A stretch of 64,000 bases of DNA from Eledone cirrhosa. Taxonomy: Eukaryota. The stretch spans positions 620,001 to 684,000 of the forward strand of contig CAXHJY010000105.1 in NCBI GenBank assembly GCA_964016885.1, read 5' to 3'. Position numbers and translations under genes: made by a program. How positions within the stretch are numbered: the first letter of the stretch is position 1; each line of letters opens with the position of its first letter. The notes below the pieces were generated by a model. That model saw nothing but the letters and a program-made list of their open reading frames with translations, had not been told where the DNA came from and made no database searches. Below are positions 40,213 to 53,874 of this stretch, one piece after another.

Positions 40213-40440
40213 AGTATGTAACAGCAGGCGGCATGCCGTTCTAAGCACTTAATGCTGTTACAAGATCCGTTTGGGTTGTATTCCAGTGCTACAGCTGTAG
40301 TGTACAGGGTGTAAATAGATTTAAAAGAGGTACAGTCAGTGTTGCAGTAAATGTAAAAACTTTATTGGTATATTACAATTGTTTTGATATTGATCATCTC
40401 AGGGTATAATCAAGGTGACGGGGCCCAACTCCTTTATGCA

Positions 40441-40671
<231 letters not shown>

Positions 40672-40820
40672 GTGAGGTTTTTTTTACAAAATGAAAAATA
40701 ACCGAGGTGTCCTATACGAGTGAAAGTATATATATATAAGGTAAACAGAAATTACAAAGCTAACAACGTAGTTAATTGAAAAAATATATTAGTTTAACAC
40801 TTGAAATAGCAGGAAGAGAG

Positions 40821-40857
40821 TCTTAACGTTTCGGACACTAGTCCTTCATTCAGAAGA
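40821..40857 (-). ncRNA. Minimal hammerhead-like motif with a 1-nt core insertion, intronic and sense to the host gene
   Basis: Minus strand TCTT-CTGAATGA-AGGAC-TAGT-GTCC-GAAAC-GTT-AAGA: stem I TCTT/AAGA, stem II GGAC/GTCC, palindromic AACGTT stem III. Confidence 0.6.
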
Positions 40858-40994
40858 TAGAGTTAGAAATAGAAGATAAATAGAAAGATAGAGAGTGAGT
40901 AGAGGAACAACACTGCCACCACCACCACCAGCAGGAGGAAGAGGAGATAGTGATAAAAGAAATGAAAATAATGAGAGAAATAAAAGCCCCTTAC

Positions 40995-41071
40995 TGTGTG
41001 TTGCGGGAACAGATTTCAACAAATATATGGCCCAGAAGATCAGCAAATGTTTCTGCAGTTGAACCTTCCAG
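40995..41071 (-). CDS. Host gene coding exon (77 nt): LEGSTAETFADLLGHIFVEICSRNT(Q)
   Basis: Acceptor ttgttgttattgttcgcAG, donor CA|GTAAGG. Phase 0 in, phase 2 out. Confidence 0.85.
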
Positions 41072-41169
41072 CTGCGAACAATAACAACAATGTAAATAAA
41101 TGGATAAGTAAAGTAGAAAATACAAGTAGGGAGTGGGGTTTACTCCAAACACTGAGAAGTAACCCCAAG

Positions 41170-44100
41170 AGGTGAGGGTGGCTGTTGGAGTGGGGTGTCA
41201 CTGGCTGTCTGAGGAAGGAGCCTGGTGAGGTGGGGTGGCTGTTGCAGTGGGGTGTCACTGGCTTTCTGAGGAAGGAGCTCCGTGTCGTGGGCTGGCTGTT
41301 GGAGTGGGATGTCACTGGCTGTCTGAGGAAGGAGCCCCGTGAGGTGGGGTGGCTGTTGGAGTGGGGTGTCACTGGCTGTCTGAGGAAGGAGCCTGGTGAG
41401 GTGGGGTGGCTGTTGCAGTGGGGTGTCACTGGCTTTCTGAGGAAGGAGCTCCGTGTCGTGGGCTGGCTGTTGGAGTGGGATGTCACTGGCTGTCTGAGGA
41501 AGGAGCCCCGTGAGGTGGGGTGGCTGTTGCAGTGGGGTGTCACTGGCTGTCTGAGGAAGGAGCCCCATGAGGTGGGGTGGCTATGGCCATGGGGTGTCAC
41601 TGGCTGTCTGAGGAAGGTGCTCCGTGAGGTGGGGTGGCTGTTTCAGTGGGTGTCACTGGCTGTCTGAGGAAGGAGCTCCGTGTCGTGGGCTGGCTGTTGG
41701 AGTGGGATGTCACTGGCTGTCTGAGGAAGGAGGCCCATGAGGTGGGGTGGCTGTTGCAGTGGGGTGTCACTGGCTGTCTGAGGAAGGAGCCCCGTGAGGT
41801 GGGGTGGCTGTTGCAGTGGGGTGTCACTGGCTGTCTGAGGAAGGAGCCCCGTGAGGTGGGGTGGCTGTGGCCATGGGGTGTCACTGGCTGTCTGAGGAAG
41901 GAGCCCCATGAGGTGGGGTGGCTATGGCCATGGGGTGTCACTGGCTGTCTGAGGAAGGTGCTCAGTGAGGTGGGGTGGCTGTTTCAGTGGGTGTCACTGG
42001 CTGTCTGAGGAAGGAGCCCCGTGGGGTGGGGTGGCTGTTGCAGTGGGTGTCACTGGCTGTCTGAGGAAGGTGCCCCGTGAGGTGGGGTGGCTGTTGCAGT
42101 GGGTGTCACTGGCTGTCTGAGGAAGGTGCCCCGTGGGGTGGGGTGGCTGTTGCAGTGGGTGTCACTGGCTGTCTGAGGAAGGTGCCCCGTGGGATGGGGT
42201 GGCTGTTGCAGTGGGGTGTCACTGGTCTGAGGAAGAAGCCCCACGAGGTGGGGTGGCTGTTGCAGTGGGGTGTCACTGGCTGTATGAGGAAGGAGCACCG
42301 TGGGGTGGGGTGGTTGTTGCAGTGGGGTGTCACTGGCTGTCTGAGGAAGGTGCCCCATGAGGTGGGGTGGCTGTTGCAGTGGGGTGTCACTGGCTGTATG
42401 AGGAAGGTTCCCCGTGAGGTGGGGTGGCTGTTGCAGTGGGGTGTCACTTGCTGTCTGAGGAAGGAGCCCCGTGAGGTGGGGTGGCTGTTGCAGTGGGTGT
42501 CACTGGCTGTCTGAGGAAGGAGCCCCATGAGGTGGGGGTGGGTGTTGCAGTGGGGTTTCTCTGGCTGTCGGAGGAAGGAGGCCCGTGAGGTGGGGTGTCA
42601 CTGGCTGTCTGAGGAAGGAGCCCCGTGAGGTGAGGGTGGCTGTTGCAGTGGGGTGTCACTGGCTGTCTGAGGAAGGAGCCCCGTGAGGTGGGGTGGCTGT
42701 TGCAGTGGGGTGTCACTGGCTGTATGAGGAAGGTTCCCCGTGAGGTGGGGTGGCTGTTGCAGTGGGGTGTCACTCGCTGTCTGAGGAAGGAGCCGTGAGG
42801 TGGGGTGGCTGTTGCAGTGGGGTGTCACTGGCTGTCTGAGGAAGGAGCCCCATGAGGTGGGGTGGCTGTTGCAGTGGGGTGTCACTGGCTGTCTGAGGAA
42901 GGTGCCCCGTGAGGTGGGGTGGGTGTTGCAGTGGGGTTTCTCTGGCTGTCTGAGGAAGGTGCCCCGTGAGATGGGGTGGCTGTTGCAGTGGGTGTCACTG
43001 GCTGTCTGAGGAAGGTGCCCCGTGAGGTGGGGTGGCTGTTGCATTGGGTGTCACTGGCTGTCTGAGGAAGGTGCCCCGTGAGGTGGGGTGGCTGTTGCAT
43101 TGGGTGTCACTGGCTGTCTGAGGAAGGAGCCCAGTGAGGTGGGGTGGCTGTTGCATTGGGTGTCACTGGCTGTCTGAGGAAGGAGCCCAGTGAGGTGGGG
43201 TGGCTGTTGCAGTGGGTGTCACTGGCTGTCTGAACAAGGTGCCCCGTGAGATGGGGTGGCTGTTGCAGTGGGTGTCACTGGCTGTCTGAGGAAGGTGCCC
43301 CGTGAGGTGGGGTGGCTGCTGCAGTGGGTGTCACTGGCTGTCTGAGGAAGGAGCCCCGTGAGGTGGGGTGGCTGTTGCAGTGGGGTGTCACTGGCTGTCT
43401 GAGCAAGGTGCCCCGTGAGGTGGGGTGGCTGTTGCAGTGGGTGTCACTGGCTGTCTGAGCAAGGTGCCCCGTGAGGTGGGGTGGCTGTTGCAGTGGGGTG
43501 TCACTGGCTGTCTGAGGAAGGAGCCCCGTGAGGTGGGGTGGCTGTTGCAGTGGGTGTCACTGGCTGTCTGAGCAAGGTGCCCCGTGAGGTGGGGTGGCTG
43601 TTGCAGTGGGTGTCACTGGCTGTCTGAGCAAGGTGCCCCGTGAGGTGGGGTGGCTGTTGCAGTGGGTGTCACTGGCTGTCTGAGCAAGGAGCCCAGTGAG
43701 GTGGGGTGGCTGTTGCAGTGGGTGTCACTGGCTGTATGAGGAAGGAGCCCCGTGAGGTGGGGTGGCTGTTGCAGTGGGTGTCACTGGCTGTATGAGGAAG
43801 GTGCCCCGTGAGGTGGGGTGTCACTGGCTGTCTGAGGAAGGAGCCCAGTGAGGTGGGGTGGCTGTTGCAGTGGGGTGTCACTGGCTGTCTGAGGAAGGTG
43901 CCCCGTGAGGTAGGGTGGCTGTTGCAGTGGGTGTCACTGGCTGTATGAGGAAGGTGCCCCGTGAGGTGGGGTGGCTGTTGCAGTGGGGTGTCACTGGCTG
44001 TCTGAGGAAGGAGCCCCTTGAGGTGGGGTGGCTGTTGCAGTGGGGTGTCACTGGCTGTCTGAGGAAGGAGCCCCGTGAGGTGGGGTGGCTGTTGCAGTGG

Positions 44101-47100
44101 GGTGTCACTGGCTGTCTGAGGAAGGTGCCCCGTGAGGTGGGGTGGCTGTTGCAGAGGGGTGTCACTGGCTGTATGAGGAAGGTGCCCCGTGAGGTGGGGT
44201 GGCTGTTGCAGTGGGGTGTCACTGGCTGTATGAGGAAGGTGCCCCGTGAGGTGGGGTGGCTGTTGCAGTGGGGTGTCACTGGCTGTCTGAGGAAGGAGCC
44301 CCGTGAGGTGGGGTGGCTGTTGCAGTGGGGTGTCACTGGCTGTATGAGGAAGGTGCCCCGTGAGGTGGGGTGGCTGTTGCAGTGGGGTGTCACTTGCTGT
44401 CTGAGGAAGGAGCCACATGAGGTGGGGAGGCTGCTGCAGTGGGGTGTCACTGGCTGTCTGAGGAAGGAGCCCAGTGAGGTGGGGTGGCTGTTGCAGTGGG
44501 GTGTCAATGGCTGTCTGAGGAAGGAGCCGTGAGGTGGGGTTGCTGTTGCAGTGGGGTGTCACTGGCTGTCTGAGGAAGGAGGCCAGTGAGGTGGGGTGTC
44601 ACTGGTCTGAGGAAGGAGCCCCATGAGGTGGGGTGGCTGTTGCAGTGGGGTGTCACTGGCTGAATGAGGAAGGAGCCGTGAGGTGGGGTGGCTGTTGCAG
44701 TGGGGTGTCACTGGCTGTCTGAGGAAGGCCCCTGTGAGGTGGGGTGTCACTGGCTGTCTGAGGAAGGAGCCCCATGAGGTGGGGTGGCTGTTGCAGTGGG
44801 GTGTCACTGGCTGTCTGAGGAAGGAGCCCCGTGAGGTGGGGTGGCTGTTGCAGTGGGGTGTCACTGGCTGTCTGAGGAAGGAGGCCCATGAGGTGGGGTG
44901 TCACTGGCTGTCTGAGGAAGGAGCCCCATGAGGTGGGGTGGCTGTTGCAGTGGGGTGTCACTGGCTGTCTGAGGAAGGAGCCCCGTGAGGTGGGGTGGCT
45001 GTTGCAGTGGGTGTCACTGGCTGTCTGAGGAAGGAGCCCCGTGAGGTGGGGTGTCACTGGCTGTCTGAGGAAGGAGCCCCGTGAGGTGGGGTGGCTGTTG
45101 CAGTGGGTGTCACTGGCTGTCTGAGGAAGGAGTCCCGTGAATGTGGGGTGGCTGTTGCAGTGGGGTGTCACTGGCTGTCTGAGGAAGGAGCCCCATGAGG
45201 TGGGGTGGCTGTTGCAGTGGGGTGTCACTGGCTGTCTGAGGAAGGAGTCCTGTGAGGTGGGGTGGCTGTTGCAGTGGGGTGTCACTGGCTGTCTGAGGAA
45301 GGAGCCCCGTGAGGTAGGGTGGCTGTTGCAGTGGGGTGTCACTGGCTGTCTGAGGAAGGAGCCCCGTGAGGTAGGGTGGCTGTTGCAGTGGGTATCACTG
45401 GCTGTCTGAGGAAGGAGTCCCGTGAGGTGGGGTGGCTGTTGCAGTGGGGTGTCACTGGCTGTCTGAGGAAGGAGCCCCGTGAGGTGGGGTGGCTGTTGCA
45501 GTGGGGTGTCACTGGCTGTCTGAGGAAGGAGCCCCGTGAGGTGGGGTGGCTGTTGCAGTGGGTGTCACTGGCTGTCTGAGGAAGGTGCCCCGTGAGGTGG
45601 GGTGGCTGTTGCAGTGGGGTGTCACTGGCTGTCTGAGGAAGGTGCCCCGTGAGGTGGGGTGGCTGTTGCAGTGGGGTGTCACTGGCTGTCTGAGGAAGGT
45701 GCCCCGTGAGGTAGGGTGGCTGTTGCAGTGGGGTGTCACTGGCTGTATGAGGAAGGTGCCCCGTGAGGTGGGGTGGCTGTTGCAGTGGGGTGTCACTCGC
45801 TGTCTGAGGAAGGAGGCCCATGAGGTGGGGTGGCTGTTGCAGTGGGTGTCACTGGCTGTCTGAGGAAGGAGCCCCGTGAGGTGGGGTGGCTGTTGCAGTG
45901 GGGTGTCACTGGCTGTATGAGGAAGGTGCCCCGTGAGGTGGGGTGGCTGTTGCAGTGGGGTGTCACTGGCTGTCTGAGGAAGGAGCCACATGAGGTGGGG
46001 AGGCTGCTGCAGCATGTGTCACTCGCTGTCTGAGGAAGGAGCCGTGAGGTGGGGTGGCTGTTGCAGTGGGGTGTCACTTGCTGTCTGAGGAAGGAGGCCC
46101 GTAAGTTGGGGTGTCACTGGTCTGAGGAAGGAGCCCCGTGAGGTGGGGTGGCTGTTGCAGTGGGTGTCACTGGCTGTCTGAGGAAGGCCCCTGTGAGGTG
46201 GGGTGGCTGTTGCAGTGGGGTGTCACTGGCTGTCTGAGGAAGGAGCCGTGAGGTGGGGTGGCTGTTGCAGTGGGTGTCACTGGCTGTCTGAGGAAGGTGC
46301 CCCGTGAGGTGGGGTGGCTGTTGCAGTGGGGTGTCACTGGCTGTCTGAGGAAAGAGCCCAGTGAGGTGGGGTGGCTGTTGCAGTGGGGTGTCACTGGCTG
46401 TCTGAGGAAGGAGCCCAGTGAGGTGGGGTGGCTGTTGCAGTGGGGTGTCACTGGCTGTCTGAGGAAGGAGGCCAGTGAGGTGGGGTGTCACTGGTCTGAG
46501 GAAGGAGCCCCATGAGGTGGGGTGGCTGTTGCAGTGGGGTGTCACTGGCTGTCTGAGGAAGGAGCCGTGAGGTGGGGTGGCTGTTGCAGTGGGGTGTCAC
46601 TGGCTGTCTGAGGAAGGAGGCCAGTGAGGTGGGGTGTCACTGGTCTGAGGAAGGAGCCCCATGAGGTGGGGTGGCTGTTGCAGTGGGGTGTCACTGGCTG
46701 AATGAGGAAGGAGCCGTGAGGTGGGGTGGCTGTTGCAGTGGGGTGTCACTGGCTGTCTGAGGAAGGAGGCCAGTGAGGTGGGGTGTCACTGGCTGTCTGA
46801 GGAAGGAACCCCATGAGGTGGGGTGGCTGTTGCAGTGGGGTGTCACTGGCTGAATGAGGAAGGAGCCCCGTGAGGTGGGGTGGCTGTTGCAGTGGGTGTC
46901 ACTGGCTGTCTGAGGAAGGAGGCCCGTGAGGTGGGGTGGCTGTTGCAGTGGGTGTCACTGGCTGTCTGAGGAAGGAGCCCCATGAGGCGGGGTGGCTGTT
47001 GCAGTGGGTGTCACTGGCTGTCTGAGGAAGGAGCCCCATGAGGCGGGGTGGCTGTTGCAGTGGGTGTCACTGGCTGTCTGAGGAAGGAGCCCCGTGAGGT

Positions 47101-50100
47101 GGGGTGGCTGTTGCAGTGGGGTGTCACTGGCTGTCTGAGGAAGGAGCCCCGTGAGGTGGGGTGGCTGTTGCAGTGGGTATCACTGGCTGTCTGAGGAAGG
47201 AGCCCCGTCAGGTGGGGTGGCTGTTGCAGTGGGGTGTCACTGGCTGTCTGAGGAAGGAGCCCCGTGAGGTGGGGTGGCTGTTGCAGTGGGTGTCACTGGC
47301 TGTCTGAGGAAGGTGCCCCGTCAGGTGGGGTGGCTGTTGCAGTGGGGTGTCACTGGCTGTCTGAGGAAGGAGCCCCATGAGGCGGGGTGGCTGTTGCAGT
47401 GGGGTGTCACTGGCTGTCTGAGGAAGGAGCCCCGTCAGGTGGGGTGGCTGTTGCAGTGGGGTGTCACTGGCTGTCTGAGGAAGGAGCCCCGTCAGGTGGG
47501 GTGGCTGTTGCATGGGGTGTCACTGGCTGTCTGAGGAAGGAGCCCCATGAGGCGGGGTGGCTGTTGCAGTGGGGTGTCACTGGCTGTCTGAGGAAGGAGG
47601 CCCATGAGGCGGGGTGGCTGTTGCAGTGGGGTGTCACTGGCTGTCTGAGGAAGGAGCCCCGTGAGGTGGGGTGGCTGTTGCAGTGGGGTGTCACTGGCTG
47701 TCTGAGGAAGGAGCCCCGTGAGGTGGGGTGGCTGTTGCAGTGGGGTGTCACTGGCTGTCTGAGGAAGGAGCCCCGTGAGGTGGGGTGGCTGTTGCAGTGG
47801 GGTGTCACTGGCTGTCTGAGGAAGGAGGCCCATGAGGAGGGGTGGCTGTTGCAGTGGGGTGTCACTGGCTGTCTGAGGAAGGAGCCCCGTGAGGTGGGGT
47901 GGCTGTTGCAGAGGGGTGTCACTGGCTGTCTGAGGAAGGAGGCCCATGAGGTGGGGTGTCACTGGCAGTCTGAGGAAGGAGCCCCGTGAGGTGGGGTGGC
48001 TGTTGCAGTGGGTGTCACTGGCTGTCTGAGGAAGGAGCCCCGTGAGGTGGGGTGTCACTGGCTGTCTGAGGAAGGAGCCCCGTGAGGTGGGGTGGCTGTT
48101 GCAGTGGGTGTCACTGGCTGTCTGAGGAAGGAGTCCCGTGAGGTGGGGTGGCTGTTGCAGTGGGGTGTCACTGGCTGTCTGAGGAAGGAGCCCCATGAGG
48201 TGGGGTGGCTGTTGCAGTGGGGTGTCACTGGCTGTCTGAGGAAGGAGTCCTGTGAGGTGGGGTGGCTGTTGCAGTGGGGTGTCACTGGCTGTCTGATGAA
48301 GGAGCCCCGTGAGGTGGGGTGGCTCTTGCAGTGGGGTGTCACTGGCTGTCTGAGGAAGGAGCCCCGTGAGGTGGGGTGGCTGTTGCAGTGGGGTGTCACT
48401 GGCTGTCTGAGGAAGGAGGCCCATGAGGTGGGGTGTCACTGGCAGTCTGAGGAAGGAGCCCCGTGAGGTGGGGTGGCTGTTGCAGTGGGTGTCACTGGCT
48501 GTCTGAGGAAGGTGCCCCGTGAGGTGGGGTGGCTGTTGCAGTGGGGTGTCACTGGCTGTCTGAGGAAGGTGCCCCGTGAGGTGGGGTGGCTGTTGCAGTG
48601 GGGTGTCACTGGCTGTCTGAGGAAGGTGCCCCGTGAGGTAGGGTGGCTGTTGCAGTGGGGTGTCACTGGCTGTATGAGGAAGGTGCCCCGTGAGGTGGGG
48701 TGGCTGTTGCAGTGGGGTGTCACTCGCTGTCTGAGGAAGGAGGCCCATGAGGTGGGGTGGCTGTTGCAGTGGGTGTCACTGGCTGTCTGAGGAAGGAGCC
48801 CCGTGAGGTGGGGTGGCTGTTGCAGTGGGGTGTCACTGGCTGTATGAGGAAGGTGCCCCGTGAGGTGGGGTGGCTGTTGAGGGTGGGGTGTCACTGGCTG
48901 TCTGAGGAAGGAGCCACATGAGGTGGGGTGGGTGTTGCAGTGGGGTGTCTCTGGCTGTCGGAGGAAGGAGGCCCGTGAGGTGGGGTGTCACTGGCTGTCT
49001 GAGGAAGGAGCCTCGTGAGGTGGGGTGGCTGTTGCAGTGGGTGTCACTGGCTGTCTGAGGAAGGCCCCTGTGAGGTGGGGTGGCTGTTGCAGTGGGGTGT
49101 CACTGGCTGTCTGAGGAAGGAGCCGTGAGGTGGGGTGGCTGTTGCAGTGGGTGTCACTGGCTGTCTGAGGAAGGTGCCCCGTGAGGTGGGGTGGCTGTTG
49201 CAGTGGGGTGTCACTGGCTGTCTGAGGAAGGAGCCCAGTGAGGTGGGGTGGCTGTTGCAGTGGGGTGTCACTGGCTGTCTGAGGAAGGAGGCCAGTGAGG
49301 TGGGGTGTCACTGGTCTGAGGAAGGAGCCCCATGAGGTGGGGTGGCTGTTGCAGTGGGGTGTCACTGGCTGTCTGAGGAAGGAGCCGTGAGGTGGGGTGG
49401 CTGTTGCAGTGGGGTGTCACTGGCTGTCTGAGGAAGGAGGCCAGTGAGGTGGGGTGTCACTGGTCTGAGGAAGGAGCCCCATGAGGTGGGGTGGCTGTTG
49501 CAGTGGGGTGTCACTGGCTGAATGAGGAAGGAGCCGTGAGGTGGGGTGGCTGTTGCAGTGGGGTGTCACTGGCTGTCTGAGGAAGGAGGCCAGTGAGGTG
49601 GGGTGTCACTGGCTGTCTGAGGAAGGAACCCCATGAGGTGGGGTGGCTGTTGCAGTGGGGTGTCACTGGCTGAATGAGGAAGGAGCCCCGTGAGGTGGGG
49701 TGGCTGTTGCAGTGGGTGTCACTGGCTGTCTGAGGAAGGAGGGCCGTGAGGTGGGGTGTCACTGGCTGTCTGAGGAAGGAGGCCCGTGAGGTGGGGTGGC
49801 TGTTGCAGTGGGTGTCACTGGCTGTCTGAGGAAGGAGCCCCATGAGGCGGGGTGGCTGTTGCAGTGGGTGTCACTGGCTGTCTGAGGAAGGAACCCCATG
49901 AGGCGGGGTGGCTGTTGCAGTGGGTGTCACTGGCTGTCTGAGGAAGGAGCCCCGTGAGGTGGGGTGGCTGTTGCAGTGGGGTGTCACTGGCTGTCTGAGG
50001 AAGGAGCCCCGTGAGGTGGGGTGGCTGTTGCAGTGGGTATCACTGGCTGTCTGAGGAAGGAGCCCCGTCAGGTGGGGTGGCTGTTGCAGTGGGGTGTCAC

Positions 50101-52988
50101 TGGCTGTCTGAGGAAGGAGCCCCGTCAGGTGGGGTGGCTGTTGCAGTGGGTGTCACTGGCTGTCTGAGGTAGGTGCCCCGTCAGGTGGGGTGGCTGTTGC
50201 AGTGGGGTGTCACTGGCTGTCTGAGGAAGGAGCCCCATGAGGCGGGGTGGCTGTTGCAGTGGGGTGTCACTGGCTGTCTGAGGAAGGAGCCCCGTCAGGT
50301 GGGGTGGCTGTTGCAGTGGGGTGTCACTGGCTGTCTGAGGAAGGAGCCCCGTCAGGTGGGGTGGCTGTTGCATGGGGTGTCACTGGCTGTCTGAGGAAGG
50401 AGCCCCATGAGGCGGGGTGGCTGTTGCAGTGGGGTGTCACTGGCTGTCTGAGGAAGGAGGCCCATGAGGCGGGGTGGCTGTTGCAGTGGGGTGTCACTGG
50501 CTGTCTGAGGAAGGAGCCCCGTGAGGTGGGGTGGCTGTTGCAGTGGGGTGTCACTGGCTGTCTGAGGAAGGAGCCCCGTGAGGTGGGGTGGCTGTTGCAG
50601 TGGGGTGTCACTGGCTGTCTGAGGAAGGAGCCCCGTGAGGTGGGGTGGCTGTTGCAGTGGGGTGTCACTGGCTGTCTGAGGAAGGAGGCCCATGAGGTGG
50701 GGTGGCTGTTGCAGTGGGGTGTCACTGGCTGTCTGAGGAAGGAGCCCCGTGAGGTGGGGTGGCTGTTGCAGTGGGGTGTCACTGGCTGTCTGAGGAAGGA
50801 GGCCCATGAGGTGGGGTGTCACTGGCAGTCTGAGGAAGGAGCCCCGTGAGGTGGGGTGGCTGTTGCAGTGGGTGTCACTGGCTGTCTGAGGAAGGAGCCC
50901 CGTGAGGTGGGGTGTCACTGGCTGTCTGAGGAAGGAGCCCCGTGAGGTGGGGTGGCTGTTGCAGTGGGTGTCACTGGCTGTCTGAGGAAGGAGTCCCGTG
51001 AGGTGGGGTGGCTGTTGCAGTGGGGTGTCACTGGCTGTCTGAGGAAGGAGCCCCATGAGGTGGGGTGGCTGTTGCAGTGGGGTGTCACTGGCTGTCTGAG
51101 GAAGGAGTCCTGTGAGGTGGGGTGGCTGTTGCAGTGGGGTGTCACTGGCTGTCTGAGGAAGGAGCCCCGTGAGGTGGGGTGGCTGTTGCAGTGGGGTGTC
51201 ACTGGCTGTCTGAGGAAGGAGCCCCGTGAGGTGGGATGGCTGTTGCAGTGGGGTGTCACTGGCTGTCTGAGGAAGGAGGCCCATGAGGTGGGGTGTCACT
51301 GGCAGTCTGAGGAAGGAGCCCCGTGAGGTGGGATGGCTGTTGCAGTGGGGTGTCACTGGCTGTCTGAGGAAGGAGGCCCATGAGGTGGGGTGTCACTGGC
51401 AGTCTGAGGAAGGAGCCCCGTGAGGTAGGGTGGCTGTTGCAGTGGGGTGTCACTGGCTGTCTGAGGAAGGAGTCCCGTGAGGTGGGGTGGCTGTTGCAGT
51501 GGGGTGTCACTGGCTGTCTGAGGAAGGAGGCCCATGAGGTGGGGTGTCACTGGCAGTCTGAGGAAGGAGCCCCGTGAGGTGGGATGGCTGTTGCAGTGGG
51601 GTGTCACTGGCTGTCTGAGGAAGGAGGCCCATGAGGTGGGGTGTCACTGGCAGTCTGAGGAAGGAGCCCCGTGAGGTGGGATGGCTGTTGCAGTGGGGTG
51701 TCACTGGCTGTCTGAGGAAGGAGGCCCATGAGGTGGGGTGTCACTGGCAGTCTGAGGAAGGAGCCCCGTGAGGTGGGATGGCTGTTGCAGTGGGGTGTCA
51801 CTGGCTGTCTGAGGAAGGAGGCCCATGAGGTGGGGTGTCACTGGCAGTCTGAGGAAGGAGCCCCGTGAGGTGGGATGGCTGTTGCAGTGGGGTGTCACTG
51901 GCTGTCTGAGGAAGGAGGCCCATGAGGTGGGGTGTCACTGGCAGTCTGAGGAAGGAGCCCCGTGAGGTGGGATGGCTGTTGCAGTGGGGTGTCACTGGCT
52001 GTCTGAGGAAGGAGGCCCATGAGGTGGGGTGTCACTGGCAGTCTGAGGAAGGAGCCCCGTGAGGTAGGGTGGCTGTTGCAGTGGGTGTCACTGGCTGTCT
52101 GAGGAAGGAGTCCCGTGAGGTGGGGTGGCTGTTGCAGTGGGGTGTCACTGGCTGTCTGAGGAAGGAGGCCCATGAGGTGGGGTGTCACTGGCAGTCTGAG
52201 GAAGGAGCCCCGTGAGGTGGGATGGCTGTTGCAGTGGGGTGTCACTGGCTGTCTGAGGAAGGAGGCCCATGAGGTGGGGTGTCACTGGCAGTCTGAGGAA
52301 GGAGCCCCGTGAGGTGGGATGGCTGTTGCAGTGGGGTGTCACTGGCTGTCTGAGGAAGGAGGCCCATGAGGTGGGGTGTCACTGGCAGTCTGAGGAAGGA
52401 GCCCCGTGAGGTGGGATGGCTGTTGCAGTGGGGTGTCACTGGCTGTCTGAGGAAGGAGGCCCATGAGGTGGGGTGTCACTGGCAGTCTGAGGAAGGAGTC
52501 CCGTGAGGTGGGGTGGCTGTTGCAGTGGGGTGTCACTGGCTGTCTGAGGAAGGAGCCCCGTGAGGTGGGGTGGCTGTTGCAGTGGGTGTCACTGGCTGTC
52601 TGAGGAAGGAGCCCCGTGAGGTAGGGTGGCTGTTGCAGTGGGTGTCACTGGCTGTCTGAGGAAGGAGTCCCGTGAGGTGGGGTGGCTGTTGCAGTGGGTG
52701 TCACTGGCTGTCTGAGGAAGGAGCCCCGTGAGGTAGGGTGGCTGTTGCAGTGGGTGTCACTGGCTGTCTGAGGAAGGAGCCCCGTGAGGTAGGGTGGCTG
52801 TTGCAGTGGGTGTCACTGGCTGTCTGAGGAAGGAGGCCCATGAGGTGGGGTGGCTGTTGCAGTGGGTGTCACTGGCTGTCTGAGGAAGGAGCCCCGTGAG
52901 GTAGGGTGGCTGTTGCAGTGGGTGTCACTGGCTGTCTGAGGAAGGAGGCCCATGAGGTGGGGTGGCTGTTGCAGTGGGTATCACTGGC
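41170..52988. repeat. Satellite 3: 56/57-bp G-rich array (TGGGGTGTCACTGGCTGTCTGAGGAAGGAGCCCCGTGAGGTGGGGTGGCTGTTGCAG) with 40-bp deletion variants, ~210 copies
   Basis: Direct periodicity; 97-bp (57+40) dimer run at ~51250-52530. Confidence 0.98.
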
Positions 52989-53874
52989 CATTATCCACAG
53001 CAATGCCTTTACCATTTTGTCTTCAGGGCACAGCTGAAACACTGCTCAGACTTTTGTGTAGAATCTGTCAAACTCTCCCCTTTCGTTGCTTAACAATCCT
53101 AACCCTTCCCCCTCCTCTTCCTCTCATCTATATATAAAAGAGAGATGTTTATTGGTTGCTTGAATCACAAAAACTACACACACCCATCTAAAGTGAGGGA
53201 GATAGGCCGTTATACAAAGAGAGATACAATTAAAGTGTTCAGAGAGAGTAATGTCCCCCTAAAGTCTAGAAACAGCTTAAACTAGAGATCCTTTGATCTA
53301 TAGGAAGGTTCAACAATATTGTGTTAGCTTTTATAAAATTGTTTTAATCTTTGATTTTACAGAAGAAAGAAAAATTGATGCTATTTTAAATTAATCTCCC
53401 CTCCAGCCTTTATACATATACTACTTGCAGACCGTACTAACGAAGCAACACTTCAAAAGCAATGTTATGTGGTATATTGCTGTGTTTCAGATGACGCCCT
53501 TTGGAGCTGAAAAAGATCACACTGACTGTGTTTACTTCCCATTTAAAATTCAAGGCCAATGCTTCGATTTAATCGGCAGTTTACTCCCCCAGCCTAATAA
53601 GGAAGTTTTATGATTGTTTTTTTTTGTCTCCCTCACACACACACACCCACATTATGGCCTCAACACATCCAATACAGTTGTTTTCTTTTTTATTCATCTT
53701 CTCTTAACAGTTCTCGTGGGAAAAGCCGAGTACCTAAGCTAGTTGTTTCAATAAATACTAAATACTTGTCTATAATAAACACAGTAGTAGGTACCAGTAA
53801 TCTAGTTTAAATAAATACAGCTTAAAAACATTACTTAGATTTTAAATATTTTAAAATCAAAACTAACAATGAAT

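Noticed and set aside
41040-52990. Repetitive ORFs on both strands of satellite 3
   Set aside because: Mixed 57/56/40-bp units break frames; no coding constraint.
53425-53810. Plus-strand ORFs and acceptor-like sites near 53490 and 53710
   Set aside because: No matching donors or phase-consistent partners and no recognisable protein.
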